Origin: Phoronis australis
Taxonomy: Eukaryota > Animalia > Phoronida
Assembly (NCBI GenBank): GCA_002633005.1
Contig: NMRA01000422.1
Coordinates: forward strand, 124,001-188,000
Direction: 5' to 3'
DNA: 64,000 nt
Within the stretch, counting starts at the first letter, position 1. The number at the start of each line of letters is the position of its first letter. A program made the translations under genes and the position numbers. The notes beneath the pieces were generated by a model that saw nothing but the letters and a program-made list of their open reading frames with translations, had not been told where the DNA came from and searched no databases. Of the stretch, positions 18,536-33,000 are shown one piece after another.

Positions 18536-20605
18536 AATGAGTAAGTAGTCAAAATGCTTGTCAAGAATCGAACTGAAGCCACTTAATTCTTGGGTCTCTT
18601 GTTGTGTTCCCCACTTCTTCAGTTAACTACCGTGACCCCCCTGTTGATCATTAGTTTTTGAAATTTGGTTGACTGTTATTTTGTGCCTTTACAAAACTTA
18701 GAGAGAATTTGCAAAAACTTGATGCAGAAAAGTGAAAGTGCCAATCAGTTAGATTTTGGTGGATTCGCGGACTACCATAAACCCCGGCACCGGGTTGTCG
18801 GTTTTAGTTTTTGATAAGAAGTTTTTTGACCACCTAGCTATGTCCAAACGACTTGGTGAATTCTGCAGAAGACTGACATAAAGCTATGGGGTGGGAATGC
18901 ACTAGCACCAATCAGTTTTACAGTGGAAATGAGGCTGTATGTTGGCCGCTACAGTTTCGACAAAAAATACTTTATTTGGCTTGTCAAATTAGACTAGATA
19001 CTCAGTGCATCATAATGAAATTAACGCCTCGTACTGGCAGGCTGGTGTCAATACAATCTTGGAATTCATTACTTTCTGTTGCTTAGTCATAGGGTTTTCA
19101 CCAAGAATTTATAAATGCTTCGCAGCCACAAATATACCACACTAACAATGAATTTTCTTATTCGTGGTAAGAAATATTTACTTTTAGGTAGTACTCGACC
19201 TGTCTCAGGGGCGGATCCAAGACTTTGAGTTGGGGGGCCAGGGCACAGGAATAAGCAGCATTCCGGCAGATGCGCGCGCCCATCCTAAAATCTGGGGATT
19301 CAGGGGTCTTGAATTCTTGGGTTTGCGGACCTGTTGACTAAAAACAAACGGTAAACGGGGTTTATTCAGGGCCTATGCGTTGTTTATTCGCCCCCCAAGA
19401 CCCCCTGGCTGCGCGCATGTGCTAGTCAGCAATTCGCACCCGAACTCAGAAATGGGATCTGGTACAATTTTAGGGGGGGGGGGCATGGCCCCTTTTTANG
19501 CTTTGTTTAAAATTTCGTCATTAACTTTTGTCCAAAATGAATTTACTTTTTCACATTCCCAAAATAAGTGTTTCAAAGTCTCTTTCGATTGTCCACGACA
19601 GGAGCAAGAGTTGTCATCCGTTACATGAATTATTTTTTTAAATGAGTAAGTAGTCAAAATGCTTGTCAAGAATCGAACTGAAGCCACTTAATTCTTGGGT
19701 CTCTTGTTGTGTTCCCCACTTCTTCAGTTAACTACCGTGACCCCCCTGTTGATCATTAGTTTTTGAAATTGGTTGTCTGTTATTTTGTGCCTTTACAAAA
19801 CTTAGAGAGAATTTGCAAAAACTTGATGCAGAAATGTGTGAAAGTGCCAATCAGTTAGATTTTGGTGGATTCGCGGACTACCATAAACCCCGGCCCCGGG
19901 TTGTCGGTTTTAGTTTTTGATAAGAAGTTTTTTGACCACCTAGTTATGTCCAAACGACTTGGTGAATTCTGCAGAAGACTGACATAAAGCTATGGGGTGG
20001 GAATGCACTAGCACCAATCAGTTTTACAGTGGAATTGAGGCTGTATGTTGGCCGCTATAGTTTCGACAAAAAATACTTTATTTGGCTTGTCAAATTAGAC
20101 CAGTTACTCAGTGCATCATAATGAAACTAACGCCTCGTACTGACAGGCTGGTGTCAATACAATCTTGGAATTCATTACTTTCTGTAGCTTTGGTCATAGG
20201 GTTTTCACCAAGGATTTATAAATGCTTCGCAGCCACAAATATACCACACTAACAATGAATTTTCTTATTCATGGTAAGAAATATTTACTTTTAGGTAATA
20301 CTCGACCTGTCTCAGGGGCGGATCCAAGACTTTGAGTTGGGGGGCCAGGGCACAGGAATAAGCAGCATTCCGGCAGATGCGCGCGCCCATCCTAAAATCT
20401 GGGGATTCAGGGGTCATGAATTCTTGGGTTTGCGGACCTGTTGACTAAAATCAAACGGTAACCGGGGTTTATTCAGGGCCTATGCGTTGTTTATTCGCCC
20501 CCCAAGACCCCCTGGCTGCGCGCATGTGCTAGTCAGCAATTCGCACCCGAACTCAGAAATGGGATCTGGTACAATTTTAGGGGGGGGGGGCATGGCCCCT
20601 TTTTA
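18395..20605 (+). repeat. Direct duplication 18395-19498 / 19500-~20605 across a single N
   Basis: Near-identical copies separated by n19499; the poly-G run differs in length. Confidence 0.9.
19206..19498. mobile_element. CAGGGGCGGATCC-type MITE fragment (second copy 20313-20605)
   Basis: Begins CAGGGGCGGATCCAAGACTTT...GGGGGGC and ends at GGGGGGCATGGCCCC; right TIR missing. Confidence 0.5.
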
Positions 20606-21018
20606 AACATTGACTTTTGTTGAATTTTGTTGTTTTGTTTCGCACTACCAAATTGACCCTTCAGGAAATTGAATCGAGAATGTATCCTGTCACGTAAAAC
20701 ATTTTACTGGAAATGCACCATTTCACAGGGAAAGTGGTCGTGACAAAGTTACTCAGCTGAGACTCTTCTGCCGTGGGACTACCCCCAGGAATAGTGCCTT
20801 GAGACTGGCATAAGATATAGTATACCGGTCAACCGATAGGTAACGCGACGGAGCATTTTGACTTGTCTCCCTTGCTGATTCACAAATAGGTCATTGTGTA
20901 CAGTCAACACAGTCGAATTAACTGGGAGTGAAATAGTGGCTGGCAATGTGAAACACAAGACAAGACGTCTGCATATATTTGGAAAATGACTTGATCAGGA
21001 GTAGTCAGACGATTCAAA

Positions 21019-21094
21019 ATGAATTGGCAAACATTATTGGCCTTGATTTTTTGTCTCGGACTTTGCCTCGAGCTTTCTTATTGTAGGAAAAGAG
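21019..21094 (+). CDS. mmd: ADAM exon 1 (signal peptide)
   Basis: MNWQTLLALIFCLGLCLELSYCRKR G|gtaagt; phase 1 fits exon 2. Confidence 0.8.
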
Positions 21095-24000
21095 GTAAGT
21101 TTCGCTATCACACTGTGTCACTCACACACAGTTACACTCACAGCGTCAACCGGACCGTCGCTGCCTGTGCGCTAAGTTGGCTGACTTCTAAGCCCAGACT
21201 TCAGAGTGGAGAGAGATTGAAACTGATGTGAAAGTGCCCATAATCTGATAGCATGAATTATTTTGCCTATTAGTAACGAATTAAACTTTGATTATATGGT
21301 GGTTTACGAACTATGCCAAACTTTTGTTGTCAGCCGGAGGCAGTCGCATGAAACTTTAGTACCGTAAGTATTTCAACAAGGGCTTTTGAAAAAGCCCCTA
21401 GAGGGCTGTATACAAGACGCCCCAAAACTCCACCCTGTTTAAGCGTGACACTTCAAAAATAGCCCTAATGAAGTGAAGTTTCCCAAAACTGGGTCCTAAT
21501 AATTTAGTCGTGGACCCTATTTTATCATAAAGTGACCCATTCTCATAAAATTTTGTTGAAACAAACAACAAATGTGCATTGCCATTAGGGTTAGTAGTTT
21601 GTGGTGACTTGCGCCTGAACTTTTTAATGAAAATATTGTACGCCTAAAATAATGACAAAAAATTAGTTGGAACAGAAAATAATCGCTTTTCACAAGCGTG
21701 CAGGTTTCTGCTGCAAAACAATGTATTAATGACAAATCCACAATTTTCCTTTTTTTCCCTAACTACTGGACTACGGCTACTTGTAGAGCAAAGTTCTGCC
21801 TGTATGTCTGAAATAGTGAACAATATTGTTCACGACTAGTTGGTAGACTAAAACACAATATGCTCTCAATGTTTTGAGTGAGTGCCTTTTAGAGGTATGC
21901 CTTAAAGGCATAATCTTTTGAACAAACAAACTTTCTTCTTTTCAATATCTCTGTCGTATCACAAATACAATTGGCCATTGTAGCCATTTGTTCCGTATTC
22001 TCACACTGAAGTTGAGGTATCCCTCGACTTGTGCATTTGATAATTTCTGTGCCTAAAATATCAGATATTAAAGCCAGTATACACCACCTTCCTTAAAAAA
22101 AGTGAATTTTGAGTTGGGCCACTTCCAATTAAAAATTGGTCTCAAATTGTTCCTTAGTCAAGTTAGAATTGGTTTCTGGGATTGACTGCCATTGCTTTAG
22201 ACTACATTATTCTAGAGTTGGCTTGTCATGGCAGGTCATTTAATGGGTGCTGCATGGTTTCAAGCCATAACGAAGTCCAAGCGCAGGAATAAGTTGAGAC
22301 TTTTTAGTGGTCAGTGGACTAAATTAAAATTTTGTTTCCTTAACGAAGACTCTTTTATTAAAATTGTTATTTGTTTGAATCTGAATTCTTTGACTGAACC
22401 TTACGGCATTCCTTAATGGTTTTCGTTGTTATCTCGTTGTGGACATGTAAAGTTGTGAGATATAATCAGTTAATGGCTGTTGGCAAAACCATTTACCTTG
22501 ATCTGTACAAAGACTGTAAATTATGGTTAAGCTCTTCAACATGTTTGCAGATCGATAAACAGTTCTTGCTCTAGATAACTACGAAATTCATGCTCAGATA
22601 ATCGCTTATAAATTAGAGGGTTAGATTTTTAAAACTTGAACCAAGATATTTAAAGCTTGTTGCATGTTTGAAACAAACTTGAAACAGACAGTTGCAGTAT
22701 TACTATTTTCCAACTTATTTCACATAAGTATATTGCCAAAATGTTCTTTTATCCATTTTCAATGGTTGATTACCTATTTACAAATAATGGTAACTTTAGC
22801 AAATATTATTTTATGACATTTTACTCACTGCAAAACATGCTTGTAATAGACTTAAATATTTTGAATCTTTTGTGGAGAAATTAATCTTGCTTGGTTCTAA
22901 GACCACTAGCAATTCAGGGTCATTTTGTCCCTTTGCTTGTGTTAAATTGGATCCATGCATCTAGTGTGTGATAGTAAAGTCTGCAATTTCATTTTAATCC
23001 TGCCACCTGTTTCATTTTAGAATTTTTATATATTTTAACCTTTAAATTGAAAATCATAGCCATAAAAGGTATCACAACCAGTAATTTTATCGTTTGACAG
23101 TTTCCATGAAAGCTCCAGTCGACCTTTTTCAGCTGGGTAAAACACTAAAACGAGCCTTTTACGCCCATCAAGTCACTATCGTAATATTCCTTACCATACT
23201 ATTTCCATTACCAACAACATCATCAAAACCGTCATTGACTCAAGAAAACACCTCAGAGTTTATTGAGATTGGTCCACCTTAAAATTGGGAATTTGAAAAC
23301 GGGGTTGCGTGTCACATAAATTGACAATCCACATGGCAAGGGCAACAATTCAAGTTCAGATGAGGTTAGTAATGTTTTTAAACCCTTAAGCTCCTATATG
23401 AGGTTTCAATGCCTCTTGAAGAAAGTACAGTATTTCAAAGTAAACCACTGAGAATTTGTGCATACAGTGACAATTTGTTCTGCTTGTGCTCATGTGTCCT
23501 CCATCCTCTTCAATAATCGGACACAATTTTTTGTGCCAAAGTGCTTTTCTGATAAAAAACCTTTTGAGAGATTTTGTTCCTAACTGCAGTGATGCCTAAA
23601 CTCATATATTAATGTTCCTAGATACCATTATGGAAACACGTCCCACGAGCTTTGCAGCGCTTTCTAGTTTTAAATTGAATTATTGCACTAGACGACAGTT
23701 CTAATAATATTCAAGCGAGATGTAAGAAAATCAGTATGTTGCCGAATTTATGTATATGAATGGAATTTATGTATATGAATGGAATTTATGTATATGAATG
23801 GAATTTATGTATATGAATGGAATTTATGTATATGAATGGAATTTATGTATATGAATGGAATTTATGTATATGAATCGAATTTATGTATATGAATCGAATT
23901 TATGTATATGAATCGAATTTATGTATATGAATCGAATTTATGTATATGAATCGAATTTATGTATATGAATCGAATTTATGTATATGAATCGAATTTACGT

Positions 24001-27000
24001 ATATGAATCGGAGGGCGAGACGTTTATTTGGCTGATGATATGTTTGGAAAATACTAAAACTAATACGCATCCTGGCAGGCTGGCACACATATTTGACAGT
24101 GCCAAATGACAGGGTATATGATTGTATACTTAATTCATCATTTACTCAATGGGGAAATTCAATGGACATTATCCAGTGTCAATCGTGTCTACACTACATT
24201 GATTATGATGATGATAATGTTTGGCTTTCAAAAGCCTTGTCCTTGTTAAATTTATTATTTCCAGGGTTANTTCATTTTAGAATTTTTATGCATTTTAACC
24301 TTTAAATTGAAAATCATAGCCATAAAAGGTATCACAACCAGTAATTTTATCGTTTGACAGTTTCCATGAAAGCTCCAGTCGACCTTTTTCAGCTGGGTAA
24401 AACACTAAATCGAGCCTTTTACGCCCATCAAGTCACTTTCATAATATTCCTTACCATACTATTTTCATTACCAACAACATCATCAAAACCGTCATTGACT
24501 CAAGAAAACACCTCAGAGTTTATTAAGATTGGTCCACCTTAAAATTGGGAATTTGAAAACGGGGTTGCGTGTCACATAAATTGACAATCCACATGGCAAG
24601 GGCAACAATTCAAGTTCGAATGAGGTTAGTAATGTTTTTAAACCCTTAAGCTCCTCTATAAGGTTTCAATGCCTCTTGAAGAAAGTACAGTATTTCAAAG
24701 TACAGTATTTCAAAGTACAGTATTTCAAAGTACAGTATTTCAAAGTACAGTATTTCAAAGTAAACCACTGAGAATTTGTGCATACAGTGACAATTTGTTC
24801 AGCTTGTGCTCATGTGTCCTCCATCCTCTTCAATAATCAGACACATTTTTTGTGCCAAAATGCTTTTCTGATAAAAAACCTTTTGAGAGATTTTGTTCCT
24901 AACTGCAGTGATGCATAAACTCATAGATTAATACTCCTAGATACCATTATGGAAACACGTCCCACGAGCTTTGCAGCGCTTTCTAGTTTTAAATTGAATT
25001 ATTGCACTAGACGACAGTTCTAATAATATTCAAGCGAGATGTAAGATAATCAGTATGTTGCTGAATTTACGTATATGAATCCGAGGGCGAGACGTTTATT
25101 TGGCTGATAATATGTTTGGAAAATACTAAAACTAATACGCATCCTGGCAGGCTGGCATACATATTTGACAGTGCCAAATGACAAGGTATATGTATACTTA
25201 ATTCATCATTTACTCAATGGGAAAATTCAATGGACATTATCCAGTGTCAATCGTGTCTACACTACATTGATTGTGACATGAAAATGTTTGGCTTTCAAAA
25301 GCCTTGTCCTTGTTAAATTTATTATTTCCAGGCTTAGGAAAATATGGAAGAGGTAGCTCTGGATTTTTCCATCCATGAATTGCAAAATATTGCCACACAT
25401 TGCTGTGAATGACAGTTTAGGGTATTTTTTGCTTCAACAGCAGTCGTATCCATTGCTTTTGCTGGCAAAAGATCTTGGATGACCCAGTATAAACCCAGGT
25501 GGCACTGTGTTCCATACGGCACTATTAGGACGCCCCGCCATAGGCATCTAGAAGTTCCAATCAATGCTAAAATATATATCAAAATTGACAGCAGTCTCAT
25601 GGATGGTGTCTAGCAGTAATGTTTACAATGGCTAATTTGAATTTGTCAGGGCTTCTGTACAAATTGCATAACTTTCAGATATTATTTTTAAAGTATTCAC
25701 ACTGTGTCTGTGGAAATGGATATTAAAGTCATCAAAACTAGTAGACAAATCACAGAATTAAAGAGTAGGATGTGGTATGCAGGTCACCCACTACATCTAT
25801 GGCCTGTGATGTAAATCTCAGAACATGGTACACTCATGACCTTTCTAGCACCTCAGGAGTAAATCTGGGTGTACTTTCTAAATGAGGGACTTTTGCCTAA
25901 TGTAGAGAAGCCTTGTTGAGAAAATCACTGGGTGTCCTGTTTCCTTTTTGTTTTTGTGCATTAATCTTGCTGATGGTAATGGTCTGATATAATGTACCCG
26001 AATTTTGGGAACCAGTTTTCTCCTCTGAATAACAGGCATCAAACTGGTTCTCAAAATAGGGGCATATTGTATCAGACTATTGCCCTTGCTGACACTGTTG
26101 AATATCAGAAACCCTACAAGTTTCCAATCTTTAGGAAATTAGGATTTTCACCCTGAAATGGCCCTACTAGAGAAGATTTACGAATAGTTGGAGAACTGTG
26201 ACTTTGATAAGCTCTAGGTACAGCCGTGTATAATCACCTCGAATGCTTTACTTGTTAACCATTGATCTGACTGTTTTCATTATCACTTTTACAGGAGTAA
26301 TGTCCCCTGTGTGAGCACCAGTCATTCTTTGGGTTCCTTGTATAATCTAGCTCATACCTCAATTTTTCACATGGCTGTCTCTTCTGCTTGTCTTAATTCA
26401 ATCTCCAGTCTTGTTGGTACAAGATGCCTAGATCAAACTGGCATATCCAGCAGATTTTGTGAAAGCCACATCTCGTTAATTAAGCCCAACTAGAACAATC
26501 GTTTGGGGATAATTAGTGTTTTGATATGGATTGTTAGCCAATTAGTCAATGTTTTCACAGTAGGGGTTAGACGAGGCTAGATTCACTGCCATTATCGTCT
26601 CGGGTTTGAATGGGACTAACTGTTTGTTTGTGTACATCAGTTCTTGACAATGATTCCATTGTTTGAATAGAGGGAGGGTCGGTTGTCATGAAAAACGCAT
26701 ACTGTATTTTTTGAAGTTGAGGCTTTCTTTCGGACGGTGTCATACAATAGAATTTACTGATATCTGCTCAGTTTCAGCTTGTCTAGTAAAGAAATAGGAG
26801 GAGTATTCTTGCCATGCTTCTAATTAACAACTGACTTCTGGCTTTAATTAGGGTTTGGTCGTTAGTAGATCTAGATCAGAAAACATACAGATTGCATAAT
26901 TCTCGCTACTTCAGGAATTTACATCAGCAACTTACCATTGGGGACCTGGGGAGCCTCAATGTGAATAAAGGATTTACCCAGTTGAACTGTTGTTTCAGAC

Positions 27001-30000
27001 CAGCTTTGGTAGATAGCAAATTTAGCAAAAAGTTGCTTGCTGTGTCGGTCTGAGGTCTCAGTGAGGTGTTTGAAAAACAAGCAGGATTGCAGTTTATTGA
27101 GACTGAAAGGACTTTCAGATTCAAATGACTTTGTAAACTAATGCTGTAGAATGTTTGCAATTCAACATTTCCGCTTTCAACTGCAACTCATAAAGACTTG
27201 TTCAGTTTATGTGGCATTCATAATATTCAGGGAAATTAAACACAGTTTACCACTGCTGGACTGTTGTTGATTTGTGAGTTCATGTACTGACTAATATACT
27301 TGGGTTTAAAGTAATGCACATTTGTGTAATGCTTTCTTCATCCCAGGATTCATTATGGTGTTCAAATAAAATTGGTTCTGACTCCAAGCTGAACACTGAA
27401 CCAGGGTTCTGTGTCATGAAAGTGACTTAGGGACTTCAGACAGAAATTTGGTCTTCGCTTCCACTTCACAATAACTAAACATGGTTAAAAGTGTTCATCG
27501 TTGTCTTCTGTGATTACCGTATGGTAAAAAATGAGGGAAATTACTTACCAGAAGACTATAAGTCATTTACGCATAACGTTTCATGTGAACAAGGGCCTGA
27601 GCTGCAGGCTCGAAACGTCATGTGTACCTAACTTATGGTCATCTAGTAAGTAACTTCTCTCGTTTTTTACCAATTTCCAGATAAAGGTGTAATCGAATAT
27701 TATGACCATCCGACGTGACTTTAGATTTTTAAGGCAAGTTACCTTGAGCAATGATTCTAAGTGGTATGTGTTGGAATTAAGCCATTGTATGCACAACAAG
27801 ATTATAGGTGGTAAATTTGGTACAAAAATGTAAATGACGTAAGTTTGCCTAAAATCGATTATTTAAAGGAACTTTTCTGCCATCTTTTAAATAGTCATAC
27901 ATGTGGTTTGATTTCTTATAGATTATCAAAGTCTGAATTGCAAAAACTTGCTCCCAGTGAAAATGGCGGTTCGTGCGCTGATTTGTTGACAACTGCTTTT
28001 GTGGACACCATTTTGGAATTGAAGCCAGCGCACCCTGTTGTTCAATAGCAAGCTGTCAGTATGGTGGAGGCTATAGCTCTCATTCCAGGTTTCAGTGCTG
28101 TGTAGTTACATCACTCTAAGGTGTTACAGTGGTTATCATTATAAAATGGGACTCATTGGCTCAACCAAAGTTCCTGATCATGGTCATCCCAGTGTTTGGT
28201 GACTGCTTTCAACATGGTCTCCGAGCTAGCATATATCTCAGAGTAGAAGATCTGCAATACTTGTCATGCAACATACAGAATGGTGTTTATAGCAGAACTA
28301 TAGTGACATGATACTAGGTATACCCCTTTTCAGTGCAGACAGTGGTTGTCTCTCTGTTCATTTCCCAAATGTTAGCTATTAATGTGATGTCTATTGTACT
28401 GAATCCTTACAGTGTACACGATTGTTTGCCAAGCATTGTTGTCGCCCATTGGGGCCTGAACAATGTTGAATAGTTTGTTGAGGGACTTTATCATGACTAG
28501 TTATCTAGAGGTTAATATTAACCAGGGTTCACTGCTATTTTTTAAAGGTTTCTCAGATGTGGTTTAAGAACTATGATTAGCTGTGTTGACATTGGTTAGA
28601 ATAGGCACTGGTTAAAACTTGGGGACAAAATAGGATCAAAGTCTTTTTTGAAATCCTTGTGTATAGTGCCTCTCTGTCTTTTGGGTGCTGTTTTTTATGA
28701 CATTATGTGAGCATGGTAACTAAGATTAAATACTTGAAGTGTGTTCTGAATTCGTTTTTGGTATGAAATATGTGTGGTGTGCCTGGTTTCGCAAATGAAC
28801 CTAAATATCCTGACAGACATCAAACACAGGTTCTGCTGTAATTGGTATTGGCGAACTGCACTTGGCATACTTTTGAAATTATTACTTTTGGAGATAAATT
28901 TTGCACACATTAGTTGGTTGAGCAAGAAAGCAAGTTTTAAGCTATTTAGTCTTCATATTGTAACCCATGTTGCGCAAACAACTTGTAGAAAAATCCTAAG
29001 CTGTTACAATATTTTTGTTGTATCGAACCATCTAAAAGTGATTAACCAAGATTTTTGTGAAATTTGTTTTTCATAAAAAGCCAATCTGTTGGAACCCATT
29101 AGGTGTTGCAGCCATTAGAACAGTTTGGGGTCATCATTCAAACATTACCACTCTGTAAATGTCTGCCATTTACTCATCATGTCTCTTGTTAAACCTTATG
29201 TTTACATAATACAACATTGCCTGTACCCAACTGTTAACAATATCTGTTTTACCAATTACTTATCTCTCTGCTTCCTAGTTCTGCACACATTTAGCTATAC
29301 ATAGGCACTGCATGCAAGCTTGTCATCACTGGTCTCTACCATATGGCCAACTCATCACTTTCCAACCCATTTGTCTTGCCACAGTGGTGTCATTTTTTCT
29401 GTGTTCCACCCATTAGCATCACTTAGTGTGGCATTCTGGCCTAAATGTTGGAATGCCACCAGTTGGCATCTTTGGTCTGCCAGATCTCCATCAGTGAATG
29501 ATGGTTGGCTGTGCAAAGGTCCAGATGTTTGTTGCCCTTGCTGGCTATGAGGATTCTTGTCTGCTTGCAATACACATTTGAACAGATCAAATGCACATAA
29601 CCAGTGAGAAAAATTTCTTTCAGTGTATTAATTTTCTTTGATTATGAATGTTTTTTTGTAAATCTACCATGTGGTTTTGAGCTGTCCTGCCCTTTTGAAG
29701 ACTTAAAAATTCACAAGTGAAGCAAGGAACTTTGCCTTACTGATGAGCTGTTTCCTGGGTCCAATTTCATGACCTAAGACATAAGTCAGAGATATGGTCT
29801 TACACTCCATCCGTCTGTTTCTGAAATTTAAGTAAACCTCATTCGAGCAAGTGTAAGAAGTCTCTGACAATATACACGTGACTACTAGTTACGGAGATAA
29901 TTTTTAAAAATTATTTCTAGACTGTGATGGTCTCGTTAATATTTGGCCAAATATTTTTAAGCAATTTTGAAATGGGAGCATATGACAAAATTTTTGTCTC

Positions 30001-33000
30001 AAGTCACTTTTATGAAACTGACCCCAGATGCGTTAAGGAGGGACCTTTATTCATTAGTGCCACCTAGTGACCATCCAGTGGCCCATTCTCACTGCACCGT
30101 TAGTGTGTTGTGCTGTGTTATATCAGGAAAGCAACGAACAGGATAAAATGGATGGAAAATTAATTTCATATTCAATGTGCCTTTGTCTTAAGCAGGTAAT
30201 CTTCATTACTATGTGAACTCATTTGTTTTTGAAAAGGAAGGTGGACTGGAATTTAAGTGCTACTTGGAAATTCATTCATGCGCCACCTTCAGATCCCAGT
30301 AATGCGGACTGGAGGTTTCAACCTACTGGTATAAAAAACATTTTAACACCTTTTCCGCCATTATAATACTGATGTTGCTGTGCTTTGGGATGTACTAATG
30401 TCTTAAGAAAAACGGGAAATCTTTTGAAGTATCAAAGGATGAACAAGGACATCATGTTTTATAGATTTCCCACTGCAAAGAAATATTCGTGACAAAACTA
30501 GCGGCCGTGGCCGATAAAGTGGGAGAATTTCGATCCTAGCCGGTGTCAAAAAACTAAAATGAATTAGTGAACTTGAACTATCAAGCAATGGAATGGGCTG
30601 ACAATAGAATTTATTCCTGTGCCATTAAATTAATTAATTACTATGCAGTAATTGAATTTCGGTCTACCAAAACTGAGTCGGGATCAATCTGAAGTCACTT
30701 CCGTGTTCCCATTACTAATTAGAGAGTGGAAATATGAAAAGTTGTCTTCTTGTGCCAGTAAAAGCTTTCTCTAAAACCTGTTTTGAATCGTCACTGTGTT
30801 GAGTTTGAATTTTGTCCTGATGAGTTTGGCTTTTGTTGAGTATGCACCGAGTTTGAGGTGTTGGGAATCATGGGAGATAGCCATTTCTTAACCAAAGTAG
30901 GATATTGTGGACTTTTGTACCTATTCTAAACACAAACTCCCCACAGTATGGACGTAGACTTTTGAACACATGCATGAACTTTAATTCCAGTCAAGTTTGC
31001 TTAATTGATGACTATATGTAGTCCGAAATTTATCATATTAATTATAAACTTCAACATTTTGTCAGATTAACATGTATTAGTCTACAAATGATGGTTCTAA
31101 AGTTATTTCCCGTGTTCAGTCTTTTAGTATGGGAATTGAATAACTTCGCTTTCAAGTTGTATTTGGCAAACTTGCAGGGTATGCCTAGCAGACTAAGATA
31201 TCTCTGCTATCTTTCTGACCAAACCCCTCTACTTTATTCTGACTGGTCCTAATTTCCGCAGATTTCAAGTGCAGTTCGCTTAACATCTCTCATCGTGCAT
31301 ACTTAGCAGTGAATTCTTACTAAGATACTGATCATTATAAGGAAATCATCATCATCATCAAATCATGTGTTTATGAGTGAGGCACCCTTTAAACCATGAG
31401 CCAGATTTTGTTCTGAGATTCACTAGCCATGTGATAGATACCATTTACTTCCATGATTAATACTTAGAGTCACCTACAGGGGTCCTGGCATTTTGAGAAC
31501 CAATTTTCTCCACTGAATAGTGTCAAATTGGTTCTCAAAATGAGTGATCCCCGTTAGTGACTATTGTTCTTCCATGGTGATGTATCTAGACTGTTTCTGT
31601 ATTCAGTAGGTTCAACACACTTCCTCCGTCAGTTGTAGAAATCAACTGTGTTATCAGCCTGGCAAAAAATGCAGAATGATTTTCACAACATGGAATACCA
31701 CTTTAGCTCCACTGACCCAGCCAACCTAGACAGTGGTGAAGTTTATTTAAACAAGGCAGGGTTTTTGTGCTCAATCAACTGATAAGACTCAACTAAGTGT
31801 TGGCAGTCAAGGTGATGCCCACCAACTTTGTAGATTTATGATAGTCTTATTAAGCTCTATGGTTGCCTGTTTTAATTTGTCCACGTGAACTACATCCCTC
31901 TGTTTTGAATATTTTCACCTATTTAGCACACTGTATGGACAACAAAGTTTGAGAAATTTTTTATCTGTTGCTATCATGGGCTGTATTGTGTAGATGTCAT
32001 CTACAAAATTTGGTCAAGTTTATGTTATTTGCAACTAGCTAATAATAAGCCTTTGATAAATGGAAAATGACAGTTTCAAAAATTATGTGCAAGATAAGAA
32101 AATTATCGTAGAATGGTGAATGTTCTCTCAAAACACATTTTCATTTAATGTGCGCATGGGTTTTTCACCTCAAGCATAACCGTTTTTGTTTTAGTTATTT
32201 TTTGTCTGTGGTGCAGCTGGCATGTAATGTATTATAGCGTAACTGGAATCTCTATTGAGAATAGCTGATTATCAATGCAGGAAATTGCCTCAGTTGTCGT
32301 AAAAAGTGCTGTATGCATGCGTGTCCAGCAACTGTGGGTGTTTTCTGGCAATGAATCTCTTAGGGATATATGCTTGTTTTTCTCAAAATATCTTGAATGT
32401 GTGTTGGGAACTGCCGCAGGCCTTAGTGAATCATGTGTCTGAGTTGGTAGATTAGTGTTTGATTTAGTCAGATATGTTAGGGGATCAGTTACTTGAACAA
32501 ACAGTTGACTCTAATCCTCAAGTGTGTTTTGGATTGTATTTCCAGGGGCCTCTTAAAAGTGAGTCAAAAACGTATTGTCATTAGTATTAGATGGTGTTTT
32601 AAACCTTAGCTTTGTGCTGTTTACAAACTTGTGCTGTTTAGATTAATGGAATGTTTAAATCTGTGTTTTCATGTATGTTGGGTCAGTACACATTCAACGT
32701 TTCGAGCTTTACTCTTTTTCCAGGGAATGTTACATATTTTAAGACTGTTGTCATAAAAATTCTGATATTTGTCATGGTCTTTGAGAAAAGAGCAATGTTC
32801 GTCTTCTTATGTTTTGCATCGTTCAAATTACTTTTTATCATCAGTAAAGACATTTATCATCTTTTAAATTAGCTATCTGTATTCCTTTTAAGGCAAACAT
32901 GGCAGGAAATCGAGAAAGAATCTTCCTCCATCGAAATCATCTCTTATGGAGCACACTAACCCTCATCCACTGCCCAACATCACTCTGGTTATTCAAAAGA

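Larger units (their letters stand above)
23011..25335 (+). repeat. Direct duplication 23011-24269 / 24271-~25335 across a single N
   Basis: Near-identical copies around n24270 that differ in two minisatellite lengths. Confidence 0.9.

Noticed and set aside
23744-24009. Regular repeat arrays (also 34075-34341, 43374-43469, 63787-63931) as possible CRISPR arrays
   Set aside because: Units are head-to-tail with no unique spacers, there are no cas genes, and the context is eukaryotic introns or flanks.
21095-32892. Nested gene in the 11.8-kb ADAM intron 1
   Set aside because: Short ORFs show no recognisable domains or consistent exon chain on either strand.
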